From a virus: a DNA stretch of 64,000 nucleotides. The DNA lies in the IMG/VR virus record IMGVR_UViG_3300045988_130114, positions 12,650-76,649 of that record; one strand, 5' to 3'. Below, piece by piece: positions 27,215 through 35,767 of the stretch; the stretch's first letter is position 1; every line of letters begins with the position of its first letter. The notes below the pieces were generated by a model, which worked only from the letters and a program-made list of their open reading frames with translations, ran no database searches and was not told where the DNA came from. Both the position numbers and the translations under genes were made by a program.

Positions 27215-28336
27215 TTATTCTCTCATTGCTATTTTAAGCGATTCTTCAAGTCTATCCGCATATTTGAATATGTCATCTATGCTATCAATTTGAATCCAGT
27301 CGCAACTTTTGTAGTTATCTACTGGTATTCCTATTTGCTTCTTCCTAGTTCCAATAGAAATACGACATATCCAATACCATTGGCTGTTGTCTAAGCTTAT
27401 AACGAAGTAACTTTTATAGTCTGTATAGGTGATTCGTGAAGCATCTACATTACGTCTAAGTATGCTTCTCACAATGTTATAAGCATCCATTTCCTCTTGT
27501 GTAGTGACTATCCCTGCTTCCTTGTCCATATAAACTACTCCTTCAGGTAGTTTGTTTTCTGCATTTTCTTTGGGGAGATTAGCTAAATTACTAGAAAAAT
27601 TAGTTGTGTCTTCGACCTGTTCGTCATTTTTCATTGCTGTATTAAGCCTTTCAGCTATGATATCATTTATTACAATAGACATTGACTTTTTTACAAGTGG
27701 GGTAAACATTTCAACTACCTTTTGTGTGATTTGCCCAGTTGTATATATTTGTTTTGCAAAGAATCTAACAAAATCAGATGTAGGAGATTGTATTTCTTTG
27801 TTGAAAATTTCCTTTATTTCCGTTGTGTATTTTAATTCATTTGCTGTGCTAAGAACATTGTCTTCATTGTAATAAGATTTGTGGAACTTTTTTAGTTGTT
27901 CTATGTCTGCATCAGATAGATCTAGCATATTTACAACTAAGAATGGCCTTTCATCCATGATATTAACCTTCTCCAAATCAGTATAGAAACGGTATTCTAT
28001 GCCATTGGTGAGAACTCCAAAGCGAGACTTAGAAGCTACGAAATATTTTTGTAGTTGGGTGTCATGCAGATTCAAGTCCTGCTTGCAATGCTTACACTCT
28101 ATAAGAAGTATCGGGTTTTCGTCCTTCATTATAGCATAGTCAATCTTTTCTCCCTTTTTTCTGATTAAGTCACAGTCCATTTCCGGAACAACTTCGAAAG
28201 GATTAAAGACGTCATACCCTAAAGAAGCTATCAATGGCATTATGAAAGCATTTTTTGTGGCTTCTTCTGTAGATATGCTATCTTTTTGTTTTTTTATGCG
28301 GTCTGACAGTTGTAAAATTTGATCCTTGAAATCCAT
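27215..28336 (-). CDS. HsdR N-terminal-like PD-(D/E)xK nuclease-domain protein
   Basis: N-terminus ...TEEATKNAFIMPLIASLGYD...KIDYAIMKDENPILLIECKH...FGVLTNGIEYRFY resembles the type I restriction HsdR_N_2 domain. About 220 further residues are of unknown function. Confidence 0.55.
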   Translation of the reverse strand: MDFKDQILQLSDRIKKQKDSISTEEATKNAFIMPLIASLGYDVFNPFEVVPEMDCDLIRKKGEKIDYAIMKDENPILLIECKHCKQDLNLHDTQLQKYFVASKSRFGVLTNGIEYRFYTDLEKVNIMDERPFLVVNMLDLSDADIEQLKKFHKSYYNEDNVLSTANELKYTTEIKEIFNKEIQSPTSDFVRFFAKQIYTTGQITQKVVEMFTPLVKKSMSIVINDIIAERLNTAMKNDEQVEDTTNFSSNLANLPKENAENKLPEGVVYMDKEAGIVTTQEEMDAYNIVRSILRRNVDASRITYTDYKSYFVISLDNSQWYWICRISIGTRKKQIGIPVDNYKSCDWIQIDSIDDIFKYADRLEESLKIAMRE

Positions 28337-28442
28337 ATTTTTACAGTTTTACAATAACGTTTGTACAAATGTATTTTATATAACAATACAAACAAAATTA
28401 AAGATAAAAAAATAATGTATTAAATATGTTTTTCTTATAATG

Positions 28443-28497
28443 GTGGACTAACTGCGTCATTTTTGTTATCTTTGTATTGCCGTGTAATGTTGCACGG
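28443..28497 (+). promoter_or_regulatory. phage promoter-family copy 4 (TATCTTTG) plus 5' hairpin CCGTG-N8-CACGG
   Basis: gtggactaactgcgtcatttttgttatctttgtattg followed by ccgtgtaatgttgcacgg. Confidence 0.5.
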
Positions 28498-28520
28498 AAC
28501 TATTTCTATCGAAAAGACTT

Positions 28521-31500
28521 ATGGCTGGATTACACTTTGATATCACTGGCGATAACTCCAACTTCATACGCAAATTACATGAATGTGAGAATGGAGTAAG
28601 AAACACTTCTAAACAAATAGAACAAAGTGGGTTAAGTATTGAAGATCTATTTAACCGTATGACTAAAGCTGCTGCTGCTTTTGGAGCGGGATTTACAGCG
28701 AAAGAGTTGATTTCAAATATTGCTCAAGTTCGCGGTGAGTTTCAACAATTGGAAGTTGCATTTAAGACAATGCTTGGCAGTGAGGATAAGGCGAATGCCC
28801 TCATGCAGCAATTAGTAAAAACGGCTGCTACCACTCCTTTTGACCTTCAAGGCGTAGCAAATGGAGCTAAACAACTCCTTGCTTATGGGGAAAATGTAGA
28901 AAATGTCAATGACGATTTGATACGTTTGGGTAATATTGCTGCTGGTTTATCCCAACCTCTTGGAGATATCGTTTATCTTTATGGTACTACAATGACCCAA
29001 GGTCGTTTATATACACAAGACCTCAATCAGTTCACTGGTCGTGGTATACCTATGATTCGCGAACTAGCAAAGCAATTTAATGTTGCGGAAAATAAAGTTA
29101 AGGGACTTGTTGAAGCCGGAAAGGTTGGTTTCCCGGAAGTTCAAAAGGTTATCATGTCACTTACTAATGAGGGCGGAACGTTCTACAACCTTATGCAAGA
29201 ACAGTCAAAGACGATTACTGGACAAATCTCTAACATAGAAGATGCTATTGCTACCATGTTCAACGAGATAGGCAAGGCTAACGAGGGCATCATTAACGAT
29301 GCTTTATCTGGAGTTTCCTACCTAGTTGAAAACTATGAGAAAGTGGGAAGAGTACTGTTAGAAATCGTAGGAACCTATGGAGCATATCGCACCGCCCTAA
29401 TGGTTACAAGTTCTTTGCAAGCTTTACAAGCATCAGGGATTATGGCTTTGACAGCAAAAGAAGCTGCTCACTATGGATGGTTAGTCTTAACTAAAAAGGC
29501 TCAAGATGCTTTGAATTTATCAATGCTAAAGAACCCGTATGTATTAGCTGCAGCTGCTGTTGCTGGATTGGCTTATGGCATTTATAAACTTGCTACAGCA
29601 GAGACTGAAACAGAAAGAGCCGTTCGCAAAACAAACGAAGCACTTGAAGCACAAAAGAATCATTATGAAAGTATAAAGAACAAAGCAAGTGAGCTATCAA
29701 ATACTTTAAGTAATGAATCCAAATCCACAGAAGAACGTTTCATTGCATATCGCCAATTACAGCGTTTAATGCCTGAAGTATTCCAAAATATGGATTGGGA
29801 AACTGCAAAACGAAAGACAAATGCGGAGCTTATTAAACTTGAGACCGATGAACTTTTAAGGCGGCAACGTATTGGCTTAAAGACTAAGGTTGTAATGTCT
29901 CAACAAAAAATACAAGGTCTGGAAAACAGTATAATTAAAACTGATAATAGAGGAGGGTATACGGGGGCATTGAAAGAAGATTTATCTGCTGCAAGAAAAG
30001 AACTTGAAATTTATACTAAAGCTTTAGATGATTTTGAGAAAGCAGACGAACAAGCTAAAAAGGATGCTAACAAGCCTACTGTCTACAATAAGGAATATTG
30101 GGAAGGGAAGAAGAAAGAAGCTGAAGATGCCCGAAATACTTTGGACGTTTCTAAAAAGAATTCCGATGAATGGAATAAATATACTAAACAAATACAAGAA
30201 GCGCAAAAACAAATAGATAAGTATTCGGACTCTAAGACAATCAATAATTATAACTCCATCATAGACCAGCAAAAGAAAATCTCCGAACTATTAGACAAGC
30301 AAACAACCGAAAGGAAGCGCAAGGAACAAGATCTGGAGAATCAACTTACCCAGTCTCGTATTGACGCTATGGCAGAGGGAGAAGCCAAGATTCGTGCACA
30401 ACGTGAATTGGATAACAAGAAGGAGATACAAGACTTAGAACGTCAACGGGAAGATTATATCCGAACGGAGATCGAGCTTCAGCGAAAGGCTTTTGATGAA
30501 CAGGAAAATTTGCGGGCGAAGCAGACTAAGTACTATAAGAAGAGAACGTTTGATCCGTCTACAGTGAAAGTAGATACGGCCGCTTTTGATAAAATTTTGA
30601 ATAATACTATTCTACGACAAGATATTTATCCTTATCAGGAAGAAATGAAATACTGGAATGAATATCTTAAAGAATATGGTACATTTCAACAAAAAAAAGC
30701 TGCCATAAACGAAGAATATAACTTTAAAATCAGTGAAGCTACCACCAAGGGCGCTAAGAAGTCCTTGGAAAAAGAGAAAGAAAATAAACTGAAGGAAGTT
30801 AGCTTTGAAGAACTAAAATCATCTATCAATTTTGCAAACATATTCGGAAACCTTGATGCTCAGTCTACCGAGGCACTGGTTAAGATGCGTGATAACCTGA
30901 AAGAGGTTATAAATAAAGCAGCTAAAGATATAAAACCTACTGATCTTAAAGCGTTGCAAGATGCCTTCAAAGAAATTGATCTAAAAATAACAGTACGTAA
31001 TCCCTTGGGAGAACTGAAAAATAGTGCAGATAATTATCGTAATGCTACATCTGCGGTAATCAAGGCTCAAGAGGATTTAAATACTGTTATTCAGGGAGGA
31101 GAGGTAATAACTAAAGTATATACCGATGAGAACGGAAAATTAACTACTAGATTACTGACTCTTACCCAAGCAGAAAATAACTTGGCCGCTGCTCAATCTA
31201 ACAGACAACAAGCCTTGTCTAAGTTAACTCAAGCGGCAAATTCTATCGGGCAAAAAGGTATGGAGGTTGTAAATGCTGGCAATGACGTTGTTGGAATGCT
31301 TGAAAACTTTGGGGTAAAGGTTCCAGAAGCCATAAGTAAGACTTTGGATGGTATAGGGCAGGTAATGAGTGGGCTGGAACGAATAGACTTAACCAAACCT
31401 TTTAGTGCTATCACAGGTGCAGTTAGCGTTTTGGCAGGCGTTGGGAATACTATTGCCGGATTATTCGGTTTTGGTGGTGCTGACTATTCTCGTTACAATG

Positions 31501-32609
31501 AAATGGTTGATGAGTATAACAAGTTAAATGAAATATGGGATGAGTTAATTGATAAGAAAAAAGAATACATAGATATGTCTTATGGTGATGAAGCGCGTAA
31601 AGCAGGAGAGGAAGCCATAGACCTAATTGGAAAGAAACTACAAAGCAATATAGAACTAGGTATAGAAAGGCTAAATAGTGGTGCTTCTGCAGGTTCTCAT
31701 TCTATTGGAGTGAGAATTCGTAAAAGTATGAGCAATGAGGGGTGGAGACAATGGGATGAATTTGCTCAATCAATAGGGATAGATCCAGATGCCATTGGCG
31801 GAAGGTTAACAGGTTTGTTCAGTTTGACGGCAGAACAATTATCTAAATTGCAAGAGGATGCTCCTACTTTCTGGGCTAAATTGGATGACGATGTAAAGGG
31901 ATATTTGCAGGATATAATCGACTGCAACGATGAAATTGAAAATATGAAAGAGCAACTGAAAGAAACTATGACCGGTGTCTCTTTTGATTCTTTTTATGAC
32001 AATTTCGTGTCTACTTTATCCGACATGGATAAGGATAGTAAGGATTTTGCAGATGATTTTGAGAATTATCTTAAAAATGCAATACTTTCTAATCTTATAG
32101 CTAATAAGTATAGAAATAAGATAGAGGCCTTGTATGATGACTGGGCGAATAAATCTGACAGCAATGGAGATGGTATTTTTGATTTAACATCTTCAGAAGC
32201 GGATGAGTTGAGAAAAGCGCAACAAGCGTTGGCTGAAGAGATGATCGCAGAACGTGATGCTATGGCAGAAGTTTTTGGGTGGACATCTTCTGCTTCTTCT
32301 CAGGAATCTTCCAAGAAAGGATTTGCTACAATGTCGCAAGATTCTGCAGATGAGTTGAATGGTCGTTTCACAGCCCTTCAGATCGCTGGTGAAGAAATCA
32401 AGAATCAAATGATAGCTGTCGTTATGGGGATAAACTCTCTCACAAGTATATCGTCTGTTGGAAATGAAGTGCTCAACAACATTTTAACCCAGCATGTCAT
32501 AACAAATAGTTATTTAGATGATATTGCCAAATATACGAAATTGCTAAATGATATAAAGACTGATATATCCGAAGTAAGAATTAATACTAAAGGACTCTCT
32601 ACTCGCTAA
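28521..32609 (+). CDS. tail tape measure protein
   Basis: 1362 aa. N-terminal core ...TMLGSEDKANALMQQLVKTAATTPFDLQGVANGAKQLLAYG is typical of the TP901-type TMP core. Long coiled-coil. Confidence 0.9.
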   Translation: MAGLHFDITGDNSNFIRKLHECENGVRNTSKQIEQSGLSIEDLFNRMTKAAAAFGAGFTAKELISNIAQVRGEFQQLEVAFKTMLGSEDKANALMQQLVKTAATTPFDLQGVANGAKQLLAYGENVENVNDDLIRLGNIAAGLSQPLGDIVYLYGTTMTQGRLYTQDLNQFTGRGIPMIRELAKQFNVAENKVKGLVEAGKVGFPEVQKVIMSLTNEGGTFYNLMQEQSKTITGQISNIEDAIATMFNEIGKANEGIINDALSGVSYLVENYEKVGRVLLEIVGTYGAYRTALMVTSSLQALQASGIMALTAKEAAHYGWLVLTKKAQDALNLSMLKNPYVLAAAAVAGLAYGIYKLATAETETERAVRKTNEALEAQKNHYESIKNKASELSNTLSNESKSTEERFIAYRQLQRLMPEVFQNMDWETAKRKTNAELIKLETDELLRRQRIGLKTKVVMSQQKIQGLENSIIKTDNRGGYTGALKEDLSAARKELEIYTKALDDFEKADEQAKKDANKPTVYNKEYWEGKKKEAEDARNTLDVSKKNSDEWNKYTKQIQEAQKQIDKYSDSKTINNYNSIIDQQKKISELLDKQTTERKRKEQDLENQLTQSRIDAMAEGEAKIRAQRELDNKKEIQDLERQREDYIRTEIELQRKAFDEQENLRAKQTKYYKKRTFDPSTVKVDTAAFDKILNNTILRQDIYPYQEEMKYWNEYLKEYGTFQQKKAAINEEYNFKISEATTKGAKKSLEKEKENKLKEVSFEELKSSINFANIFGNLDAQSTEALVKMRDNLKEVINKAAKDIKPTDLKALQDAFKEIDLKITVRNPLGELKNSADNYRNATSAVIKAQEDLNTVIQGGEVITKVYTDENGKLTTRLLTLTQAENNLAAAQSNRQQALSKLTQAANSIGQKGMEVVNAGNDVVGMLENFGVKVPEAISKTLDGIGQVMSGLERIDLTKPFSAITGAVSVLAGVGNTIAGLFGFGGADYSRYNEMVDEYNKLNEIWDELIDKKKEYIDMSYGDEARKAGEEAIDLIGKKLQSNIELGIERLNSGASAGSHSIGVRIRKSMSNEGWRQWDEFAQSIGIDPDAIGGRLTGLFSLTAEQLSKLQEDAPTFWAKLDDDVKGYLQDIIDCNDEIENMKEQLKETMTGVSFDSFYDNFVSTLSDMDKDSKDFADDFENYLKNAILSNLIANKYRNKIEALYDDWANKSDSNGDGIFDLTSSEADELRKAQQALAEEMIAERDAMAEVFGWTSSASSQESSKKGFATMSQDSADELNGRFTALQIAGEEIKNQMIAVVMGINSLTSISSVGNEVLNNILTQHVITNSYLDDIAKYTKLLNDIKTDISEVRINTKGLSTR

Positions 32610-32634
32610 TTCTAAACTGTAAAATATATATAAT

Positions 32635-33060
32635 ATGCCCAAAGGTGAACTTTTTATAAACAATAAAGATTCCTATGATAATTGGGGAATCAGTATGGAT
32701 ACATCTTCTTTATCAGCATTGATGACTCCTCCTCCTAATAAAGAGTTTATAGAGAATAAATCAAGACTAGAACATGGCAAGCGTGTAATAGCCGCTACCC
32801 CAAAAGTAGATGAGCGTAGTCTCACCTTAACCATTAATCTCACTGCTAAAAATGAAGATGAGTTTTTTGAAAAGTATGATAGCTTCTGTCAGGAATTGGC
32901 TACTGGTGTATTAAATATTAGGTCTAAATATCAGCCTAATATAGTTTATCGCACAATATATCTTTCATGCAATCAATTTACTCAGTTTATGAGGGGAATC
33001 GCCCACTTTTCATTAAAGATAGTAGAACCTAATCCTATGGATAGAAATATTAACGATTAG
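32635..33060 (+). CDS. distal tail protein (Dit-like)
   Basis: 141 aa immediately after the TMP. Confidence 0.45.
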   Translation: MPKGELFINNKDSYDNWGISMDTSSLSALMTPPPNKEFIENKSRLEHGKRVIAATPKVDERSLTLTINLTAKNEDEFFEKYDSFCQELATGVLNIRSKYQPNIVYRTIYLSCNQFTQFMRGIAHFSLKIVEPNPMDRNIND

Positions 33061-33098
33061 AATAACACTTTTAATGTCATTTTTTGTATTTTTGTATC
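33061..33098 (+). promoter_or_regulatory. phage promoter-family copy 5 (TATTTTTG -7 box)
   Basis: aataacacttttaatgtcattttttgtatttttgtatc. Confidence 0.5.
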
Positions 33099-33103
33099 AA
33101 ACA

Positions 33104-33121
33104 TCGTATGAAGGTATACGA
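33104..33121 (+). promoter_or_regulatory. GTATGAAG-NNN-TAC hairpin/uORF motif, copy 4
   Basis: tcgtatgaaggtatacga lies 6 nt upstream of the 33127 start. Confidence 0.45.
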
Positions 33122-33126
33122 AACTT

Positions 33127-35766
33127 ATGATAGACATCAAAGACATATCCGGCAACATTCGTTTTTCTACTTCTATCAACGAAGGATCAAAGCGGCACTT
33201 TCTTCTGATGAAGGAAGACTATATAACTTTGAAGTTTTCTCTTGCAGATCCTATCTACTTTCAACTAGGAGATGGTATAGATAACGAAATTGGCATGTTT
33301 GAGCTTGTAGATTTGTACAAGCCCACCTATAATTCTACGAGCGGTGGTTATGATTACGAACTCCGGCTGGACGCCTACTACTGGAAGTGGAAAAACAAGA
33401 AGTTTTTCTATACTCCGGAGAGTACCGGTCGCGAGGCGAGCTGGAACCTGACAGCCACTCTTGACGTTCATCTTAAAGTCTTCCTTGATAACCTGAAATC
33501 ACTCGGATACAAATATAGAGAAGAGGATTTTAAATATGAGATTGATACTACAGTTGAAAACACCTCCAAGCTCGTTTCATATGATAGCGTAAACCTGATT
33601 GATGCTCTTACCCAAATGGCGGAGACATGGGAGTGTGAATGGTGGATAACTGATAAGACAATTCATTTCGGACGTTGCGAATACAGCTCTCCCGTAGATT
33701 TCAAGGCCGGAGATTTGACAGATACTGAGGATGTAAACGTAAGCTCCATGCAATGTAGCGATAGTCAGACGGTTTTCGCTACTCGTGTTTATGCCTTTGG
33801 TTCAACGCGAAACATTCCTTCTACTTACCGTAAGAATCTTATTTTTGATGTCAAGCAGGCAAACGGTAGGGAAATATCCGATACGGCAAGACCGCTTGAT
33901 GTAAAGTATTTCCCAAGTCGCGTCGTTCACAAAGAAGAGTATTCGGTAAAGGAAAGTATAGGTAGTGGCAGTTTTACTGCTTCTTATGTAGAATGGACGC
34001 ATGACACTGATATCGTAGCTTCGTTACCTGCAGGGGATTATAAGGTTTCATCAGGAGATGGCATATCAATTAATGTATCCACAGTTATTCCTTCAATCGG
34101 ATCAGGACGTTCTTTTCTTCCTGCCGGTGATTATGTTTTGAGGGCATCTTATGTCTATAAATTATCTGGTGTAACTAAAGAAGTTTCTATAGGTAATCAA
34201 ACGGTTACCTTATCCCAAGAGCAGCAGTACGAAGTCTCTGCTGTGTTTGCTGTCGCTTCTTCTTTGCAGATTGAAGGAAATGCTACTGATTTAAAGATCA
34301 GGATATACGCACATGTCCCATCCCGTGAATCCTCTATTCTGAATGATTCTTTCTCGGCTTATGTTTCGTATGATATAACTCTATTCAAAGGATCGTCAGC
34401 AGATGCTACAGTGACCTTTCTTTCCGGACTAAATTCGGGCAAGACATTCTCCTGTGTATATAATCCGGACCATTTAATCGGTGATTCCGCTAACGTAATA
34501 CAATTACCTAGCGGAGTAACGGCCTCGCTCGGTGATAGATATACAATTGACAACATCATTAAGGGAAAGGTGCCTGACAGCTACTTTAGTAAAGATGACA
34601 AGGAGCTTACTTTAAATGGTGTGGTCCAGAAACGTCTTATGCTCCCGGAGGAAGTTCCTTATGTGGATGCTTACCGTTATAGTCCTATAGGAGAACGTAT
34701 ATACATTGGTGAAACTCATTATGATGACAATAATAATGTGGAGATGTCGCAGGAAGAAGCTGTAGAGGGAATTGTCATCTTTGAAGATGAACATCCCAAA
34801 TATGTCGGCACATTATCAAATGTAACATACCGGGAGGAAGATGAACTTGACGAGGACGACAATCCAACCGGAGACAAGTATCGTATCTATACGTTCAAGG
34901 ATGCAGGGTTGAAGAATTTTACAAATGACTTCCGGCTGGACGGAGAAAGTTTCCGCTTGACCTTTCAGACGGGCAAACTCGCCGGCCTGGACTTTGAGTT
35001 ACTTCTGCAGGAGAGTGATGATTCCGGTGCCACTTTCGAAATTGTGCGTAATGAGGATTACGGCCGTTACCTTCCTGATGACATTTTGTTTCCTGCTGAT
35101 TCTGACACATATGTTCTTTATGGTTTTGATACGGCTTATGTCTCAGAAGAATTGATTCCGGAGGCCGAAGATGAGTTATTGAAAAAGGCAAAAGACTATG
35201 TAAAGAAGTCTATGATTGATCCTTCCACCTACGACTGTGATATGGACCCTGAGTTCATCTATAATAATGGGAATGTTATCACCTATGAGGTGGGAGACAA
35301 AGTAAACTTGATCAATAAGGCTTTCTTTCCTAAAAGCAGACAATCCAGAATAATTGGTTTTGAGTGGCCGCTGGATATTCCTTACGATCATCCAATTTAT
35401 ACGGTTGGAGAGACTGCCTCATATTCGCGTATAGGCGAGATAGAGAGCAAACTTGATTCTCTTACATACAAGGGACAGGCATATACCGGTTCTGTGTCAG
35501 GAAGTGGAGGAACGAGTATATATCTCATTGGTTTGAATGACAAGACTGTTCCTACGGATCGCAATACATTTTCGGCAAAAAGAATTATTGATGAGATTGA
35601 ACGTCGCTCCCTTAGCAGCATTGAAGATGACAAAGCAGAAGGATTGATAACTTTCGGTAAGGGATTTGTGTCGGAAGGATTTTCTGCAGCTAACGGTGGC
35701 CTTGTAGTTCGTGGCGGAGAATTGATAGAAGAAGTTGAAGATTCATTGATTGAAGAATTAGAATAA
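33127..35766 (+). CDS. tail hub / tail-associated (Tal-like) protein
   Basis: 879 aa, placed after Dit. Confidence 0.5.
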   Translation: MIDIKDISGNIRFSTSINEGSKRHFLLMKEDYITLKFSLADPIYFQLGDGIDNEIGMFELVDLYKPTYNSTSGGYDYELRLDAYYWKWKNKKFFYTPESTGREASWNLTATLDVHLKVFLDNLKSLGYKYREEDFKYEIDTTVENTSKLVSYDSVNLIDALTQMAETWECEWWITDKTIHFGRCEYSSPVDFKAGDLTDTEDVNVSSMQCSDSQTVFATRVYAFGSTRNIPSTYRKNLIFDVKQANGREISDTARPLDVKYFPSRVVHKEEYSVKESIGSGSFTASYVEWTHDTDIVASLPAGDYKVSSGDGISINVSTVIPSIGSGRSFLPAGDYVLRASYVYKLSGVTKEVSIGNQTVTLSQEQQYEVSAVFAVASSLQIEGNATDLKIRIYAHVPSRESSILNDSFSAYVSYDITLFKGSSADATVTFLSGLNSGKTFSCVYNPDHLIGDSANVIQLPSGVTASLGDRYTIDNIIKGKVPDSYFSKDDKELTLNGVVQKRLMLPEEVPYVDAYRYSPIGERIYIGETHYDDNNNVEMSQEEAVEGIVIFEDEHPKYVGTLSNVTYREEDELDEDDNPTGDKYRIYTFKDAGLKNFTNDFRLDGESFRLTFQTGKLAGLDFELLLQESDDSGATFEIVRNEDYGRYLPDDILFPADSDTYVLYGFDTAYVSEELIPEAEDELLKKAKDYVKKSMIDPSTYDCDMDPEFIYNNGNVITYEVGDKVNLINKAFFPKSRQSRIIGFEWPLDIPYDHPIYTVGETASYSRIGEIESKLDSLTYKGQAYTGSVSGSGGTSIYLIGLNDKTVPTDRNTFSAKRIIDEIERRSLSSIEDDKAEGLITFGKGFVSEGFSAANGGLVVRGGELIEEVEDSLIEELE

Positions 35767-35767
35767 T

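Noticed and set aside
33084-33284. The 66-aa ORF overlapping the start of the tail-hub gene.
   Set aside because: It is treated as the extended form of the MKxY leader mini-ORF (see the hairpin motif finding), not as an independent protein gene.
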